A stretch of 64,000 nucleotides of DNA, taken from the sequence record PP712906.1; one strand, written 5' to 3'. A program made the position numbers and the translations under genes. The notes under the pieces were generated by a model, which was given only the letters and a program-made list of their open reading frames with translations, did not search any database and was not told the origin of the DNA. Shown in pieces: positions 18,835 to 28,585 of the stretch (positions are counted from its first letter, which is position 1; every line of letters starts with the position of its first letter).

Positions 18835-19347
18835 ATGAAAAATCATTATGTAGATAATAAAGCTCTATACGCATCACTATGCGAATGGAAAGACGAAATG
18901 AATAAGAATCCTGATGCGACAATCCCAGTACCTGATGTGGTCGCGATTAGCATCATGAAGATTAGCGAGAACCTGTCTCGCCGTTACAACTTTAGTGGTT
19001 ACACTGCTACGTGGAAAGAAGAAATGATTGGTGACGCAATCGAACATTGCTTGCGTTACATCAAAAATTTCGATACTGATAAGTACAATAATCCACACGC
19101 TTACATCACTCGTATCTGTTTCAATGCGTTCGTGCAACGCATTAAGAAAGAAAGAAAAGATACAGCGATTAAATATAAAGTATTCTTATGTGATTCGTCT
19201 AACTACACAGTTGAAGGCGAAGAGACTGATTTCGAGTTTCTTCAGCAAATGTTAGAGCGTGTCAATTCTTACGAGTCTGGCAAAACGGCTAAAGCTCAAC
19301 CAGATGAACAGAAAGAACCACTTAACTTACAGAAATTTTACGATTAA
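18835..19347 (+). CDS. 55: late sigma factor
   Basis: NHYVDNK, YNFSGYT..WKEEMIGDAIE, NPHAYITRICFNAFVQRIKKE. Confidence 0.96.
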   Translation: MKNHYVDNKALYASLCEWKDEMNKNPDATIPVPDVVAISIMKISENLSRRYNFSGYTATWKEEMIGDAIEHCLRYIKNFDTDKYNNPHAYITRICFNAFVQRIKKERKDTAIKYKVFLCDSSNYTVEGEETDFEFLQQMLERVNSYESGKTAKAQPDEQKEPLNLQKFYD

Positions 19348-19356
19348 GGAATTAAC

Positions 19357-20802
19357 ATGTTAGGTAACTTTGACTCATTTCTGAGTGAAAATCGCCGTCA
19401 AACTCAGGGTGGAAAAATCTACCCTAAGTTTGGTCAAGTTATTGTTGAGCTAGGCACTGCATCTACTGAGTTCAGCAAAGCCAAAGGCGTTGAAACAACT
19501 ATCGGCATGATGGAGAAGGCAAATGAGCTTAAATCTATCATGAACACTAAACTGGCTGAAGATAAAAACGTCGATGAGAAACATTTCGACATCAATCTGA
19601 GCGAGAACGTAAGCACGGTTAACCTGCTTATGGAAAACGAATTCTTGGCGCTGCCAGCTCATGAGCTACAGCAAGTCAAATCAATGATCATGTGTACTGA
19701 AGCACGTCTTCCTAGCATCGTGATTAAAGGTGGTTCATTGGATCAAGTTGTTGCTGAAGCAACGAAACTAGGCTACAAGAAAAGTGACATTCACGTTGTT
19801 TTCCCGATGCGTGAAATGAAAATCAATCTTGCTGACTCTGACAAGCTTGTTATTGAATCTCTATCAATTGACGACAATTCAGCGTCTGAGATTCTTTCAA
19901 TGGCTGAAAACATCGAGCTTGGTGACGTTTATGTGACTGTAGAATCGGTTGATTCTAAGGCTGAACTGTCTGAAATCACTGAACTGAAGATTAAATCTGG
20001 TAAAAATGCGCTGACACTAGCTGCACTTAACCGCAAGATCATGGATCAGTTTATCGTGAAAGAAGCGAAAGAAGTTTCATATGCACGTGAGCGCAAAGAA
20101 GACACTGGTCTCCCAATGCTTGAAGGGTTCAAGGCATACGATCTGAAACAGAACATCACCATGATTGAACATGCTCAGAACGCATTCACAAAAGAGATTA
20201 CAGTAGCTCCGCTATCTTCGACTGCGTGGCAAAATCTTGTTGATGTTAAAGAAGCTTACTTCGATAACGGTTGGAAACTGAAGCACAACAATACAAGCAT
20301 CGTTCTAACAAACGCTGAACACGCAATGCGTGCTGGTCGTGTTTGTGAAGAATATCGAGTCGAGCTATCTGAAGCAGGTTATCCTCTTCTTGATATGATC
20401 GCAATGATGGAAAGCAAAGGCATGACTCGCTTTGATTGTAAATCATTTGCTGAAGCAATGATGAAATTCGACGGCTGTGTTACGCCAGAGCGCCAGACTG
20501 TGACTGCATTTGTTACTGAATCTGCTAGTAATCGCGTATTTCACCCGAATATTATGTCAAGCCTACGTCCTGTGACCGAAATGGTTGATGATGTTGACAG
20601 TCTAATTCGTGCGCTTGCTAATGATCAGTTCAGCACGTTCAAAATCGGACAATCATTCTCTGAATCAATGCTTGACCAAGAAACGCTATACTCTATGATG
20701 GAAAGCATTGTTTCTGATGGTGTTGATGTATCAGTGGACGGGACTTTGATTGAATTCAAAGTGAATGCAACCAATTACCTAATCAATATCGACATAAAAT
20801 AA
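19357..20802 (+). CDS. hypothetical protein with capsid-targeting-like leader
   Basis: 481-aa ORF; MLGNFDSFLSE leader; AGGA SD. Confidence 0.8.
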   Translation: MLGNFDSFLSENRRQTQGGKIYPKFGQVIVELGTASTEFSKAKGVETTIGMMEKANELKSIMNTKLAEDKNVDEKHFDINLSENVSTVNLLMENEFLALPAHELQQVKSMIMCTEARLPSIVIKGGSLDQVVAEATKLGYKKSDIHVVFPMREMKINLADSDKLVIESLSIDDNSASEILSMAENIELGDVYVTVESVDSKAELSEITELKIKSGKNALTLAALNRKIMDQFIVKEAKEVSYARERKEDTGLPMLEGFKAYDLKQNITMIEHAQNAFTKEITVAPLSSTAWQNLVDVKEAYFDNGWKLKHNNTSIVLTNAEHAMRAGRVCEEYRVELSEAGYPLLDMIAMMESKGMTRFDCKSFAEAMMKFDGCVTPERQTVTAFVTESASNRVFHPNIMSSLRPVTEMVDDVDSLIRALANDQFSTFKIGQSFSESMLDQETLYSMMESIVSDGVDVSVDGTLIEFKVNATNYLINIDIK

Positions 20803-20810
20803 GGTGAAAC

Positions 20811-21458
20811 ATGAAACAATTTTGTAATTTTTTAGCTGAAGTTCAGAAATACAGTTCAGCGGCTACGTCGATTCGCGGTAAAGAAGTTGCTGCATTGGTT
20901 AAATTGTTCAAGTCAGGCATGTTCGTGCCTGGCGGAACAGCACTTGACTACGGCGCGGGCAAATACGGTCGTAATGCTGAATTTCTTCGCAGTGAAGGCA
21001 TTCGCACTTACGCATACGACAAATTCAATGGGACATCGGCTGATGGTTGGAACGCAGTTAGCTTAACTATCCCGAATGGTGAGACATTCGATACTGGCTT
21101 CACGTCATACGTATTGAACGTTGTTCCTGAAGAAGTCGAAGCAGAAATCATACGTGATGTTGAGTCTCGTACACGCGGTAAAGTGTTCCATATTACACGC
21201 GGTACTGACATCACTCAGACTGTATTCAACGTAATCAGCGGTAAGAGCAAGAATGACGTAATGATGCAATTCATTGCTCAAGAATATCCAGAGATTTACG
21301 GTCAGATTGTCGCGAACGGTGGGACTAAAGAATTGGCTAAAGAGATTGCAACTCGTGGAGTTGTAACAGCTAAAGACAGTTTCCAACGTATTCCAGACCT
21401 ATCGAAATACGGTTACAAGAAATCTGGTTCAGGCGCTTCAGTCGTTTGGACAAAATAA
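20811..21458 (+). CDS. class I SAM-dependent methyltransferase with capsid-targeting-like leader
   Basis: LDYGAGK motif I, AYD motif II, YVLNVV motif IV; MKQFCNFLAE leader. Confidence 0.85.
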   Translation: MKQFCNFLAEVQKYSSAATSIRGKEVAALVKLFKSGMFVPGGTALDYGAGKYGRNAEFLRSEGIRTYAYDKFNGTSADGWNAVSLTIPNGETFDTGFTSYVLNVVPEEVEAEIIRDVESRTRGKVFHITRGTDITQTVFNVISGKSKNDVMMQFIAQEYPEIYGQIVANGGTKELAKEIATRGVVTAKDSFQRIPDLSKYGYKKSGSGASVVWTK

Positions 21459-21475
21459 TTTGAAATTATTTGAAT

Positions 21476-21555
21476 AAAAGGGTTGCTTCGGCAACCCTTT
21501 TTGCGTATTATAGCTACATCGAAACGAGATACGAACACAAAGAGAGAACGTTATG
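21476..21555 (+). promoter_or_regulatory. early promoter cassette within a terminator hairpin
   Basis: TTGCTT 21483-21488, 17 bp spacer, TATTAT 21506-21511, CATCGAAACGA box. Confidence 0.8.
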
Positions 21556-21813
21556 ATGATTACTGAATACCTACGCAATAATACAGTTCGCGAAATGCTA
21601 GATTGCCCTGCTACTTCGCTTGCATTCTGGTCACAAGAATTCATGATCATCCCTGATGAAGACCTAACTTTTGTTGAAAACGATGAAAACGTTCTAATCA
21701 AGATGAACGAAATCGAAGTTGTTGTGCCGTACAATATGACGCTTGAAGTTCTTGAGCAAATGTTCGGTGACGCACTAAGTGAACATGTTAGAAAGATTAA
21801 AGAACGTGTTTAA
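21553..21813 (+). CDS. hypothetical early protein
   Basis: Behind the promoter cassette. Confidence 0.7.
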   Translation: MMITEYLRNNTVREMLDCPATSLAFWSQEFMIIPDEDLTFVENDENVLIKMNEIEVVVPYNMTLEVLEQMFGDALSEHVRKIKERV

Positions 21814-21860
21814 CATCGGTTTATCTCATCCTATAATACTCAAACATTGAAGGAAATATT

Positions 21861-22319
21861 ATGATCTACATTGAAACAAGCAACATCCTTTCTGATGACA
21901 CTCTCGGCTTTGCAATGGCTGGCGCGCCTCAAGTCGATAAACTTGAGAAAAAAGAGCGTGACAATGTGCTTAACAAAGCTGTTGAAGTCAAGCTCTACGA
22001 ACGTCTTCCATCGACTGCTGTACTTGATTTTCTCTTGAATCAAAAAATTCCCTTCATCGCCGTACTGAGCAAAGTAGAAGTTATTGCTGAACAGCAACGT
22101 GCGTGGTTTGATGCAATTGGCAAGCACTTGAATATTGATGTGATGTACACAGATTTTCAAGAAGTCGAGCACAATCTCGATACGCTGTTGATTGCTGAAG
22201 ATCGACATGAACTGAAACGTCACGCTCAAAATAACGGTAGAATTCTACCATTCACAACTGAAACACAATTTCAATTCATTATCGACCATCTATCTTCGGT
22301 CGACAATAAGGAGCAGTAA
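21861..22319 (+). CDS. hypothetical protein
   Basis: GAAGGA SD; after a GTTTAA-N18-TATAAT promoter. Confidence 0.75.
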   Translation: MIYIETSNILSDDTLGFAMAGAPQVDKLEKKERDNVLNKAVEVKLYERLPSTAVLDFLLNQKIPFIAVLSKVEVIAEQQRAWFDAIGKHLNIDVMYTDFQEVEHNLDTLLIAEDRHELKRHAQNNGRILPFTTETQFQFIIDHLSSVDNKEQ

Positions 22320-22669
22320 TGCAAGAGAAGCCAGATTTACTCAAAGACGACGAAATTGTTGATGTAGTTGAAGATCAAGAAGTTCTTGACTATCTTGATG
22401 AACTACAAGCTCAACGTCGTGCGCTTGTCGAGAAAGAAGCACATCGTCGTATCAAGAAAAACTCGCGTGAGATTAAACGTCTGCATAAACACGCTGAAAA
22501 GTGTCTAATCGAAGGTAACAAAGCGGGTTACGTCTACGCAATCGGCAAACTTCGTTCTATTACTGGTCAGACAGTTGGTGACGATGTACTTGAAACGTTA
22601 TGGAAAACTAGTCGTGAGCAAGTACTAACAATCGCACGTTCATTTGCAGAAGCGAAAGCAGGTCAATAA
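22319..22669 (+). CDS. conserved T4-like protein (a-gt.4-like)
   Basis: IKKNSREIKRLHKHAE...YAIGKLR resembles a-gt.4 as recalled; location upstream of gene 47. Confidence 0.6.
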   Translation: MQEKPDLLKDDEIVDVVEDQEVLDYLDELQAQRRALVEKEAHRRIKKNSREIKRLHKHAEKCLIEGNKAGYVYAIGKLRSITGQTVGDDVLETLWKTSREQVLTIARSFAEAKAGQ

Positions 22670-23133
22670 TGGACATTAAATCAGGCGCTGGTTATCCAGC
22701 CAGTGCGCTGTCAAACTTTGCGCCTCACGCATTCGTTGTGCGTGGTGTTGAGTGTGCTTCTATGGAAGGGTTTCTTCAGTCGTTGAAGTTCAAAAACCCA
22801 GAAATGCAACGTGAAGACTGCAAACTCGTGGGTAAAGTTGCTAAAGCACGCGGTGCGAAGAAAAACTGGCAACGCACTCAGACACTTTATTGGCAAGGTG
22901 AGCCGATTCAGCGTGCTTCGGTTGGGTATCAAACGTTGCTCGATGATGCATACGCTGCATTAGCTCAGAACGTGAAATTTCAAAAGGCACTGCTTGCTAC
23001 CGGTAAAGCTACCCTTACACATTCAATCGGGCGTAAGAAGCAGGCAGAGACGGTTTTAACTGTACAAGAATTCTGTAGCCGATTGACAGTGATTCGGGAA
23101 CATTTGCAGAATGAAGCTGATGAATGTAGTTAA
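22669..23133 (+). CDS. 30.3: NADAR-family ADP-ribosylhydrolase, T4 gp30.3-like
   Basis: SALSNFAPH.F..GV.CASMEGFLQSLKF; ALLATGKATLTHSIG. Confidence 0.8.
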   Translation: MDIKSGAGYPASALSNFAPHAFVVRGVECASMEGFLQSLKFKNPEMQREDCKLVGKVAKARGAKKNWQRTQTLYWQGEPIQRASVGYQTLLDDAYAALAQNVKFQKALLATGKATLTHSIGRKKQAETVLTVQEFCSRLTVIREHLQNEADECS

Positions 23134-23137
23134 ATTA

Positions 23138-23623
23138 ATGATTCGTGCGATTGCTCGTGCGAAGAAAACAGACAAGCCTATCGTATACATTGACATGGAC
23201 AACGTGCTGGTTGACTTTCAGAGTGGAATAGATGCTCTTTCTATCTGGGAAAAGAATCAGTATGAGGGTCGATATGACGAATGTCCGGGTATTTTCGCTC
23301 ATATGAAGCCGATGAAAGGTGCGATTGCTGCATTTGAAGTGTTGAACAAACACTTTGATTGCTATATACTGTCTACCGCCCCGTGGGATAATCCCGGGTC
23401 ATGGCAAGATAAGCGTCTGTGGGTTGAACGTTACTTGGGCAAAGGTGCTTACAAGCGACTGATCTTGTCACATCACAAGCAGTTAAACTTCGGTCATTAT
23501 CTCATCGACGACCGCACGAAAAACGGTGCAGGTGAGTTCATGGGCGAACACATTCACTTTGGCACAGACGAATTCCCTGATTGGTTTTCGGTTGTGACTT
23601 ATCTTACGAGTGAGAACAAATGA
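23138..23623 (+). CDS. 5'(3')-deoxyribonucleotidase (HAD)
   Basis: IYIDMDNVLVDF-type motif, ILSTAPW, LIDDR. Confidence 0.9.
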   Translation: MIRAIARAKKTDKPIVYIDMDNVLVDFQSGIDALSIWEKNQYEGRYDECPGIFAHMKPMKGAIAAFEVLNKHFDCYILSTAPWDNPGSWQDKRLWVERYLGKGAYKRLILSHHKQLNFGHYLIDDRTKNGAGEFMGEHIHFGTDEFPDWFSVVTYLTSENK

Positions 23624-24660
23624 AAGTAGCATTGCTAGGTGACTTGCATATCGGCATCAAAGATGACGACATGTGGGTACAAAATTACCAGCGCAAGTTC
23701 TTCGACTTTATGTTCGCAGAACTAGAAGAGCGCGGTGTAAAAGAAATAATTCAACTCGGTGACTGGTTTGACGTACGTCGAGGCGCAACGCAAGAAACAC
23801 TGATGTTTCAACGAACGTATCTGAATGGCATGTTGAAAGGTCACAATACACACGTTCTAGTGGGTAACCATGACATGCACTTGCGTGAATGCATTGTACC
23901 GAATACTCCGTATGAAGTATTGAGCGTTGTACCAGACGTTACAATCTACGAGCACCCGACGACTGTTGAGTTTGATGGTGTTAAAATTGACATCATCCCG
24001 TGGATTTGTAAAGAAAATGCAGTCGAAATCGACGAATTCATTAAAAATTCAACGTCTGAATACTGTGTCGGTCACTTTGAGTTGAACGGGTTTGAATTTC
24101 ATAAAGGTCAAAAAGCAACTGGCTGTCTTGATGCTGGTTTCTTGAAGAAATACAAACAAGTTTGGTCTGGACACTTTCATACTCAGTCTGAAGCGGGCAA
24201 TATCAAGTATCTCGGTACGCCGTATACATTGACTCTTGCAGACGCTGACGATAAGCGTGGTTTTTGGTTGTTCGATACTGAAACACACGAAATGGAGTTC
24301 ATTGAGAACCCCGATTGTTGGCACACCAAGCTGTATTTTGACGCTGAAACGTTTGACGCGAAAACAATCCCGTCATATGAAAATCGCAACGTCAAGATCA
24401 TCGTTGAACGACGTTCAAGTGACAAGCGTGAAATCTCTTTTGATGTAGTCGAAGATCGCATTGCGCAAATTGCACATGCGTGTCAGACTCTCGATGAGCT
24501 AGACATCAAAAAAGACGTAGCAGATGACATCAAATCTATCAAAGATATTGATGATTATGTTGCTGAATATGCAGATACGCTAGACGAATCGACTGAAGTC
24601 AAGTCAAAAGTCAAAGCAATCTTCTCGGCGCTTCGTGCTGAAGCTCAGGAGAATGCGTAA
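23620..24660 (+). CDS. 47: recombination endonuclease subunit (Mre11-like)
   Basis: LGDLHIG, LGDWFDVR, GNHD, GHFEL, SGHFH, YLGTPY. Confidence 0.96.
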   Translation: MKVALLGDLHIGIKDDDMWVQNYQRKFFDFMFAELEERGVKEIIQLGDWFDVRRGATQETLMFQRTYLNGMLKGHNTHVLVGNHDMHLRECIVPNTPYEVLSVVPDVTIYEHPTTVEFDGVKIDIIPWICKENAVEIDEFIKNSTSEYCVGHFELNGFEFHKGQKATGCLDAGFLKKYKQVWSGHFHTQSEAGNIKYLGTPYTLTLADADDKRGFWLFDTETHEMEFIENPDCWHTKLYFDAETFDAKTIPSYENRNVKIIVERRSSDKREISFDVVEDRIAQIAHACQTLDELDIKKDVADDIKSIKDIDDYVAEYADTLDESTEVKSKVKAIFSALRAEAQENA

Positions 24661-24884
24661 TGGAACGTGATTTAGTTAGTCCTTGTAAAATATGCGGTAA
24701 GCTCCCATTCATTCATAAGTCGCCAGTAATGGCGAATGGTTGTTCATTCACAGCTTGGATTGTTGAGTGTGACAATGACGACGATGATCAGCGCACTCCG
24801 CCTTTCGTTGAACATAGTCTAGTAGTCTATGGTTCGACAAAAGAAGAAGCAATTGACCGATGGGATGAAATAGCGAATGATTAA
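24660..24884 (+). CDS. Lar-like zinc-binding small protein
   Basis: SPCKICG...VEC...TKEEAIDRWD resembles the Lar restriction-alleviation family. Confidence 0.5.
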   Translation: MERDLVSPCKICGKLPFIHKSPVMANGCSFTAWIVECDNDDDDQRTPPFVEHSLVVYGSTKEEAIDRWDEIAND

Positions 24885-27114
24885 GTTCAAAGAAGTGACG
24901 TATAGCAATATCATGTCAGTTGGTAATACGCCGATTACGATTAAGCTAGACGAATTTAACAAAACGTTGATTACTGGCACGAATGGTGCTGGTAAATCAA
25001 CGTACATCGAAGCAATCTGTTTCGCACTGTACGGCAAACCATTCCGTAACATCAAGAAAACACAGATTGTCAATGCTGTGAACAAGAAAAAGCTATTGGT
25101 TGAAATTACGTTTCAAGACAATAAGCACGTGTACAAGATTGTTCGCGGTATCAAACCAAACAAGTTCGAGATTTACAAAGACGATGAACTGATTCCGCAA
25201 GAAGCCGCGGTTGCTGATTACCAAGACATGCTTGAAAAGAACATCTTGAAGATGAATCTGAGCACGTTTAAGCAAATCGCTGTTCTAGGTACTGCGGGTT
25301 ACACGCCGTTTATGTTGCTTCCGGCTGCGAAACGTCGTGAAATCGTCGAAGATTTGCTTGATATTGGTATTTTCAGTGACATGGCAGCGTTGAACAAAGT
25401 CGCACTGAAGCAACTCAATGAGCAGATCAAAGACACCGAAGCGGATATCGAACGTCGAATGGGCGAATTGAAGTTGCACATTCAGTTCCAAAAAGAACAG
25501 CAAGATAATCGCGACGGCGATTTGGCACAGCTTGAAGCACGTAAATCAGAAGCTGAAGCTGAACTCGCACCACTTTCATTCGAAATTTCTCAACTTGAAT
25601 CGCAGATCAGCGAAGATAGCAAGAAATTGCGTGACTTGAAAGAAAAATTGGCATTCGAGTTGTCTGCGGCTGAAGAAGAGCAAGCAACTGAACTGATTGC
25701 ACTTGATGCTGAACATCAAGCAAACATTGAAAAGATTGAAGCTGAACAAAAAGCTGAAATCGACGCGCTAAAAGCCAAGCAAACGAGTGAGCAGAACGTC
25801 ATTGATGAACTCAATGAACAGGCTGTGTTAGATCTCGATAAAGATCATTCACAGGCTCTAATTGATTTTGACGCTGAGACTAAACTGAACACGCCGGAAG
25901 CACCGGATGCTGATGAAATTGCTGCTGACACCTCTACGGTTTTGAGCAACAAGAAAGAAATCACGAAACTCAAAGAGAATAAAGAATTCTTTGAGAAGAA
26001 CGGTGACTGCGAGTGTTCGACGTGTAAGCAAACAATCTCGTCTGATTTTGCGCAAAGTGTCATTGATATGGCAGACGCACAGATCGCAACTCTGACTGAA
26101 GAAACGAAAGTTCTGGCTGAGAAGATACGTGCAGCGCAAGCGCAATCTAAAGCACGTAGTGAGTATCTTAGCACTCGCGCTAGTGAACGTTCAGCTTTAG
26201 ACGAAAAACAGCGTGCAGAGCGTTCTACGCTCATTAAAACGCAATCAACTGAACGTATGCGAGTCGTAGATGCGCAGCGTGAAGCAATGTCGAGCTTAAC
26301 AAGCACATTCAATGAGGCTCTTTCTCTATTGCGCAATACGCAATCGAAAGCTCGTTCTGAAATTGTATCGCAACATGCGACGATTAATGCTGAGTTGACG
26401 AAGAAAGGTGCGAGTGAGCGTGAAACGCTGACTGAAAACATTGGCAAATATCAAGCTGATCTAGCGAAGATTTTGGCTGATGAAAAGAACCTGACGTCCA
26501 AGATCGCGACGATTGAATCAGATATTGCTGATGTTAAAGCAAAAGCGGCAACTGAAGACCGTACGGACTTAATCAAGAAATTGACGGCTGACGTGCGTGA
26601 TGTTAAGAAAGGCTTACAAACTGACATGCAAACTAAGCACTGTCGTACCATTGTTGGCACGTTGTTGAAAGATGACGGTGTGAAATCAATGATTGTTCGC
26701 CAATACATTCCGATGATCAACAAGTACATCAATGATTACTTGAAGACCATGAATGCGAACTACAACTTCGTGCTTGATGAAGAATTCAACGAGACTATCA
26801 AATCTCGTGGTCGTGATGACTTTAGTTACACGTCATTCTCTCAAGGTGAGCGTTGTCGTATCGACTTGGCATTGTTGTTTGCTTTCCGTGATTTGGTTAG
26901 CGCACGTACTGGCTCAATGACTAACTTGTTGGTTCTTGATGAGGTATTCGATTCAGCGGCTGACTCTGACGGTGTTGATTCTATCAACCAGATTCTAAGC
27001 AGCATCAAAGACAACGTGTTTATTATCTCACATAGTGAGAAGCACGAACAAAGCATGTTTGATAAGCATATCAAATTTGCGAAAAAAGGCAACTTCACAA
27101 GAGAGGTCAAATGA
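24877..27114 (+). CDS. 46: recombination endonuclease ATPase subunit (Rad50-like)
   Basis: Walker A GTNGAGKST, CxxC hook, signature FSQGE, Walker B LVLDEVFD. Confidence 0.96.
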   Translation: MIKFKEVTYSNIMSVGNTPITIKLDEFNKTLITGTNGAGKSTYIEAICFALYGKPFRNIKKTQIVNAVNKKKLLVEITFQDNKHVYKIVRGIKPNKFEIYKDDELIPQEAAVADYQDMLEKNILKMNLSTFKQIAVLGTAGYTPFMLLPAAKRREIVEDLLDIGIFSDMAALNKVALKQLNEQIKDTEADIERRMGELKLHIQFQKEQQDNRDGDLAQLEARKSEAEAELAPLSFEISQLESQISEDSKKLRDLKEKLAFELSAAEEEQATELIALDAEHQANIEKIEAEQKAEIDALKAKQTSEQNVIDELNEQAVLDLDKDHSQALIDFDAETKLNTPEAPDADEIAADTSTVLSNKKEITKLKENKEFFEKNGDCECSTCKQTISSDFAQSVIDMADAQIATLTEETKVLAEKIRAAQAQSKARSEYLSTRASERSALDEKQRAERSTLIKTQSTERMRVVDAQREAMSSLTSTFNEALSLLRNTQSKARSEIVSQHATINAELTKKGASERETLTENIGKYQADLAKILADEKNLTSKIATIESDIADVKAKAATEDRTDLIKKLTADVRDVKKGLQTDMQTKHCRTIVGTLLKDDGVKSMIVRQYIPMINKYINDYLKTMNANYNFVLDEEFNETIKSRGRDDFSYTSFSQGERCRIDLALLFAFRDLVSARTGSMTNLLVLDEVFDSAADSDGVDSINQILSSIKDNVFIISHSEKHEQSMFDKHIKFAKKGNFTREVK

Positions 27115-27575
27115 AACTCGTACCGATGACGGTCGATTACAGTGAGGATATTTACACGATGTGTAAGTATCTTCTACTTAACGACACACACACAGACTGT
27201 CCAGAAACTAAGATCGGGCGATTTATGCTCGGTCGTGCGACTGGTCACACAACTTCGATGGTAAAGGCGGCTGAACGTCTACGTCGTGAAGGCTTCAACG
27301 TTCTTGAAGTCTATTACAACGAAGCGAATCGAACGATGAATCGTCGTGATTGGAATCATGACATGGCAACGACTTATGACAAGATCGTGCGTGACGGATT
27401 CTATCACAACGCATTCGTAGGTCGTGGCAACGCAAACATGCCAGACATCATCTTGTTTGACACATATTCGTTTGCTGAACAACGCATTCGCGGTGTATCT
27501 ACGAAAGTAGATGAATTGATGCATATTTTGCATCGTGAGTTTAACAAGAAAACTGCGTTTTTCTTCATTCAATAG
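27111..27575 (+). CDS. hypothetical protein with a degenerate P-loop
   Basis: GRATGHTTS and IILFD; ATGA coupling. Confidence 0.65.
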   Translation: MKLVPMTVDYSEDIYTMCKYLLLNDTHTDCPETKIGRFMLGRATGHTTSMVKAAERLRREGFNVLEVYYNEANRTMNRRDWNHDMATTYDKIVRDGFYHNAFVGRGNANMPDIILFDTYSFAEQRIRGVSTKVDELMHILHREFNKKTAFFFIQ

Positions 27576-27631
27576 TGTTTAGACCGGTAAATAGCTGTGC
27601 TAATATGAGCGCAGCTATTGAGGAAATACAC

Positions 27632-27841
27632 ATGAACTTAGACAATCACTTATCAATGCCAGAGATAAAGCACTGGGTCATCATTGACAGCTTCACTGGC
27701 CAAGAAAAAATTCTCCCTGAGGCGCAACTGCTTGAAGCGTTTGGTCAAGAACGTTGGCAGAAAATCACTTCTGGGATTGACGACTACTTTACAGCTTACG
27801 AGTATAACTTTGAATATACTGAACGTGGCTTTAAACTGTAA
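27632..27841 (+). CDS. 45.2: gp45.2-like protein
   Basis: Synteny between 46 and 45; GAGGA SD before ATG 27632. Confidence 0.6.
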   Translation: MNLDNHLSMPEIKHWVIIDSFTGQEKILPEAQLLEAFGQERWQKITSGIDDYFTAYEYNFEYTERGFKL

Positions 27842-27875
27842 TTGAATACTATATCATAATTTTGAAGGTAAAAGA

Positions 27876-28541
27876 ATGAAACTTAACAAATCTACAATCG
27901 AAGTACTGAAGAACTTTGCAGGCATCAACAACGGTATGGTTATTCATGCTGGTTCACGTATTCGAACTCAAGACAACTTGAACAAGCAAATCGCTTATGC
28001 TGACATCGAAGATTCGTTCCCTGTAGAATTCGCAGTGTACGATCTGGGTGAGTTTCTAAGCGCATTGAATCTACTTGACAACGCTGAACTTGATTTCCAA
28101 GAAAAATTCGTTGTTGTTACTGGCGACGGTGGCACTAAGCTGACTTTCCAATACGCAAACGCTGAGTTCGTGACTGAAGCTCCTGAAAAAGTGAACTTCC
28201 CGACTGAACTAGACGGTGGTGCTGAATTCGACCTTAAAGGTGAAGATCTACAGCGCGTTAAGAAAGCGTCTGCGACTCTTGGTCTGTCTGACATTTGTGT
28301 ACGCACTGAAGCGGGTAGCACTGCAATCACGCTGTCAGCTACTGACGCACAAGGTTCAAGCAAGCACACGTTCGAAATCAACGTTGGTGAAGCTGATGTT
28401 GACACTGAATTCAAATTCTTCTTCAAATCAGAGCGTTTGAACATCGTCGACCAAGACTACAAAGTTTCGATTCACCCGGCGGGTATTTCTCGATTCCTTG
28501 GTCTTTCACTTGAGTACTTCATTGCAACTGAAGCACTGTAA
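27876..28541 (+). CDS. 45: sliding clamp
   Basis: MKLNKSTIEVLKNFAGINNG, FAVYDLGEFL, YFIATEA. Confidence 0.95.
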   Translation: MKLNKSTIEVLKNFAGINNGMVIHAGSRIRTQDNLNKQIAYADIEDSFPVEFAVYDLGEFLSALNLLDNAELDFQEKFVVVTGDGGTKLTFQYANAEFVTEAPEKVNFPTELDGGAEFDLKGEDLQRVKKASATLGLSDICVRTEAGSTAITLSATDAQGSSKHTFEINVGEADVDTEFKFFFKSERLNIVDQDYKVSIHPAGISRFLGLSLEYFIATEAL

Positions 28542-28563
28542 GAGCTAGATTTTTGTAAGTTAC

Positions 28564-28585
28564 GGGGCGTAACAGCCCCTTTTTT
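28564..28585 (+). terminator. rho-independent terminator
   Basis: GGGGC-GTAACA-GCCCC TTTTTT. Confidence 0.75.

Noticed and set aside
22700-22800. Overlapping 30.3'-like alternative-frame ORF
   Set aside because: The alternative frame I checked hits a stop after about 10 codons.
25845-26447. 200-aa minus-strand ORF inside gene 46, and similar antisense ORFs inside genes 39, 45 and 43
   Set aside because: Shadow ORFs from biased codon usage; no SD, promoter or motifs.
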